18,667 nucleotides of DNA from contig JANOAV010000185.1 in the NCBI GenBank assembly GCA_031411295.1, positions 1 through 18,667 on the forward strand, written 5' to 3'. Position numbers and translations under genes: made by a program. Positions 16,051 through 18,667 of this stretch are shown here, one piece after another. How positions within the stretch are numbered: position 1 is the stretch's first letter; every line of letters begins with the position of its first letter. Source of the stretch: Verrucomicrobiales bacterium. GTDB lineage: Bacteria > Verrucomicrobiota > Verrucomicrobiia > Verrucomicrobiales > V1-33. The notes under the pieces are model-generated. The model was given only the letters and a program-made list of their open reading frames with translations, had not been told where the DNA came from and did not search any database.

Positions 16051-17733
16051 ATGAGTTGGACCCATGTATTCCCAATGCTAACTGACGAGATGGTCAAAGC
16101 GTATCGCGCTGGAGTGTCCAAGCAGGAAAAGGCACAGTATGAACATTGGCTGGGGGTGGACAGGATCATTAATCCTCGGGCGACACGCCATACCGTCTGT
16201 GTTTCCCTCTTCTGGAAGAACACGCATGCAGAAGATGCGCCGCTGCCAACGCCCACGAAGCGGCTCCTAAAAAATCCCGGTGCCGCAGGAATCCATTTCC
16301 GCGTGGAGCCCTGGGACCACTACGTTAAGCCATTACTGGAGGCGGCAAAGCTGGTGGCAAAGGAACGAAAGGATGCCAGCTTCCGCGTCTATCTGGCCTC
16401 TGATATGGAATTCCTCGTGGCGGATCTGGTGAAAGTGGGCTGTGAGGTCCGCCTAATGAAAAGCCCATCCATCAGCCATAATCCCGGTGCGCTCTGGCGG
16501 TTCCTAGCATTAGAGGATAAGTCAACGATGGTGACATTTACGGATTCTGACAGAGCACCTGACATTTTGGCGGATTTGGATCGCACGGATACGATGGCAC
16601 GATCTGGACTGGGAATGTGGCGCGTGCCGTGGCTGCCTGATGAACCTCTGCTGGCCCGTGGGGCAGATAAACATTCGGTAACCTATCGTCCGATTCTGGG
16701 GTGCCAGTTCGGTTCCGTTTCTCCATTACCAGCACGGCTGCTGATGGAAGCGCTCCACTGGAATACCACCAAGGGGCTCATCGAAACGATCTGCCATCCG
16801 GCTGGGTGCGGTCCACGTAAAATTTACGGGACGAGGTGGCCGGATTATGGATTTGATGAATGGTTCCTGCAGGCGGCGGTGTATCCGCGAATTTCAAAGA
16901 AGGGAGTGCTGAGTTTCATTCCGGCAGGTGGGATGTCGAAATTCCTACCTTTGGATGTTGAGTATGTAACGTGGGCAAATCCCCGCAGCGAGGTAGTGAA
17001 TTTTGGTTCCATCGCAGGTGCCTGCTGCGGGCCAGATCCCAAGGCTGCGGCACTAAAACAATCTACGGTGGAGACGATTCCGGTCCGGGATAACACATTG
17101 ATCATCGTTCCCGTGCTGCCGCAGTCGTTGCAATACTTGCACCAGCATTGGCAGCATTGGAATTTCCCAGCAGATCAGGAGGTGCTGTTCTGTCTGGCGT
17201 GGGTGTCAGAAGTGAACTTGGGGAAGGCCCCGCAACCGTGGAAGCAGCATACGGTGCAGATCCCCATGGATCAGGCATCCTTTGAAAATCCTGATCTTCT
17301 GACTCCACGGCTGCTTGAAGCGGGAATGAACCTTGGAAAGCATCAAAACTTCATTTTACTCAGTGGTAGAGCGAATCCCTTGCCAGGGGCGGAATTATTC
17401 GCGAAGCCAGCTTGGGCAAAGTCTGATTGTGTAGGACACGGTCGTGCCTGGCGCAGAGTCCACGCTCATGAAGTGGCGCAGGGCTTTGCCAAACCATGGG
17501 CACGTCGTCCAAATCAGCCGGAACACCGCCAACGGCCATTGCAGCAATACCTGCAATTCGGGCCAAACTTCGGAATGATAGGGCGCGTGCAGGCTGCAGG
17601 CTGGTTAAAAAAGATCAAATCTGTATCCCCAACCCAATCGTCTTTGCCGGGTCAACTAACGTGGTCTTTGGAGCAATCTAAAGCCCGAGTAAGCACAACG
17701 ACTCCATCCAAGCTTCAATGGCAGTTCGCTTGA
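16051..17733 (+). CDS. Hypothetical protein; N-terminal ~320 aa possibly a glycosyltransferase-like (GT-A) domain, plus an unassigned C-terminal domain
   Basis: 560-aa ORF with VCVSLFW, FRVYLA, CEVRLMK, GALWRFLALED, FTDSDR (DxD), ILGCQFG and YGFDEWFLQAAVYP. This WRF...DxD...YGxDExFL order recalls uncharacterised GT-like proteins. It sits directly upstream of a GT32 gene. Confidence 0.65.
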   Translation: MSWTHVFPMLTDEMVKAYRAGVSKQEKAQYEHWLGVDRIINPRATRHTVCVSLFWKNTHAEDAPLPTPTKRLLKNPGAAGIHFRVEPWDHYVKPLLEAAKLVAKERKDASFRVYLASDMEFLVADLVKVGCEVRLMKSPSISHNPGALWRFLALEDKSTMVTFTDSDRAPDILADLDRTDTMARSGLGMWRVPWLPDEPLLARGADKHSVTYRPILGCQFGSVSPLPARLLMEALHWNTTKGLIETICHPAGCGPRKIYGTRWPDYGFDEWFLQAAVYPRISKKGVLSFIPAGGMSKFLPLDVEYVTWANPRSEVVNFGSIAGACCGPDPKAAALKQSTVETIPVRDNTLIIVPVLPQSLQYLHQHWQHWNFPADQEVLFCLAWVSEVNLGKAPQPWKQHTVQIPMDQASFENPDLLTPRLLEAGMNLGKHQNFILLSGRANPLPGAELFAKPAWAKSDCVGHGRAWRRVHAHEVAQGFAKPWARRPNQPEHRQRPLQQYLQFGPNFGMIGRVQAAGWLKKIKSVSPTQSSLPGQLTWSLEQSKARVSTTTPSKLQWQFA

Positions 17734-17750
17734 AATCCACCAGTAATTCC

Positions 17751-18464
17751 ATGATACCAAAACGCTTAATACAAACCAATCGCTCGCTTCGTCACCTGTC
17801 CACGTTGGACAAGTCCTGTCGCGCCAGTCTCTTGAAACTACACCCTGATTGGGAGGTAATGTTCTTCGATGACGCGGGTTGTGTAGATTTCGTTAAATCG
17901 CAGCATCCTGATTTCCTTCCACTCTATAAAGCACTGCCGAAGCCAGTCTTGAAGGCGGATTTGTTCAGGTTGTTGGCCGTCTATGAATACGGCGGCTTCT
18001 ACTGTGACACAGACGTGTATTTCCACGAATCGCTCGATCCGCTAGTCTCCGCGAATATTGTTTTCCCGTGGGAATGGACCATGGCTGAGGAAGGATTCCG
18101 GTTTCGTCATCGGCGTGTAGCAAAAGCTCCTTGGGAGCTTGTGCAGATGGGTAATTACGCATTTGGAGCCTGTGCAGGGCATTGGTTCCTTGCAGAAGTG
18201 CTGGAGGAAATCATTCGACGAACCAGTCGGGTAAATCTGGAACATTTATCTGATGATGATGTGCTCTATTTGACTGGACCGGATGCCGTAAATGGAACTC
18301 GCATGGCACACTGGGAACGTCTAGAGCCTGAGTTGAAATTGCTGGAGGGCGAAAAGGATCCGAAGCCACCGAAACCACGCGCCCACGGAGCTAAACCTGA
18401 ATGGTTTCAGTTCGGGAAATTTGCGAATCATGTGATGACTGGGAGCTGGAGGTCTCAGGGTTAA
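17751..18464 (+). CDS. Glycosyltransferase family 32 (OCH1-like, DXD sugar-binding domain)
   Basis: Motifs: MIPKRLIQT, LHPDWEVMFFDD, KADLFRLLAVYEYGGFYCDTDV, NYAFGACAGHWFL, VLYLTGP, HVMTGSWR. ATG 17751 (MIPK) is preferred; ATG 17718 is the alternative. Confidence 0.93.
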   Translation: MIPKRLIQTNRSLRHLSTLDKSCRASLLKLHPDWEVMFFDDAGCVDFVKSQHPDFLPLYKALPKPVLKADLFRLLAVYEYGGFYCDTDVYFHESLDPLVSANIVFPWEWTMAEEGFRFRHRRVAKAPWELVQMGNYAFGACAGHWFLAEVLEEIIRRTSRVNLEHLSDDDVLYLTGPDAVNGTRMAHWERLEPELKLLEGEKDPKPPKPRAHGAKPEWFQFGKFANHVMTGSWRSQG

Positions 18465-18532
18465 CCCTACCTTGAATCACATTATTCCCCGAGAGGCTGT
18501 TCTACATTCTAAGAGAGCCCCTTTAGCCCTTA

Positions 18533-18667
18533 GAACCTGTCCGGCAAATAAACTTAACAGCCATAATGGGATTACTTAGTGAGGCGTCTGACGGCGAAGC
18601 CGATCATGGCGAGATAGACAAAGGCTTCGTGGTGACTGGGTTTGCGCTCGTGGTCGCGCACGAGGCG
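18533..18667 (-). mobile_element. Right end of an IS5-family insertion sequence, with putative terminal inverted repeat from about 18533
   Basis: About 40 nt beyond the transposase stop the + strand reads TTA|GAACCTGTCCGGCAA. This is compatible with an IS end next to a TNA/TA target site. The partner end is outside the window, so the exact boundary is inferred. Confidence 0.6.
18572..18667 (-). CDS. C-terminus of an IS5-family transposase (5' part outside the window)
   Basis: Hand translation from the window end gives RLVRDHERKPSHHEAFVYLAMIGFAVRRLTK* (TAA at 18574-18572). This matches the typical IS5 C-terminal pattern RRLx(K/R)D(Y/H)ER....EA.(I/V)Y.AM....RRL. Confidence 0.88.
   Translation of the reverse strand, partial: RLVRDHERKPSHHEAFVYLAMIGFAVRRLTK

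Noticed and set aside
18485..18530. Terminator or second IS end in gagaggctgttct...agagagcccc
   Set aside because: The pairing is weak and interrupted, and there is no partner end or transposase to support it.

Overview
The window looks like Verrucomicrobia (PVC) DNA, inferred from its gene families. Left to right it holds: (1) the 5' part of a planctomycete-type cytochrome c / DUF1549 gene, missed by the ORF track because it runs off the left edge; (2) a 2277-aa secreted passenger-repeat protein with an embedded LamG-like domain and a PEP-CTERM sorting tail; (3) a visibly more AT-rich minus-strand cluster encoding a small Tat-signal Cys/His-rich protein, two membrane-anchored helical proteins, a four-domain GT-A/GT25/methyltransferase/DUF707-like fusion, a sulfotransferase with an out-of-frame start and a broken beta-propeller-like remnant; (4) a divergent CobW/HypB/UreG-type GTPase with an in-frame REP-like palindromic doublet; (5) a GT-like hypothetical protein and a GT32 glycosyltransferase; (6) the 3' end of an IS5-family transposase. 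The most interesting candidates are the Tat-peptide-led glyco/sulfo-modification cluster with an (AG)6 tract inside an inverted repeat in its upstream region (possible phase variation), and the translated REP doublet inside the GTPase. All family calls come from motif recognition by eye, not database searches.
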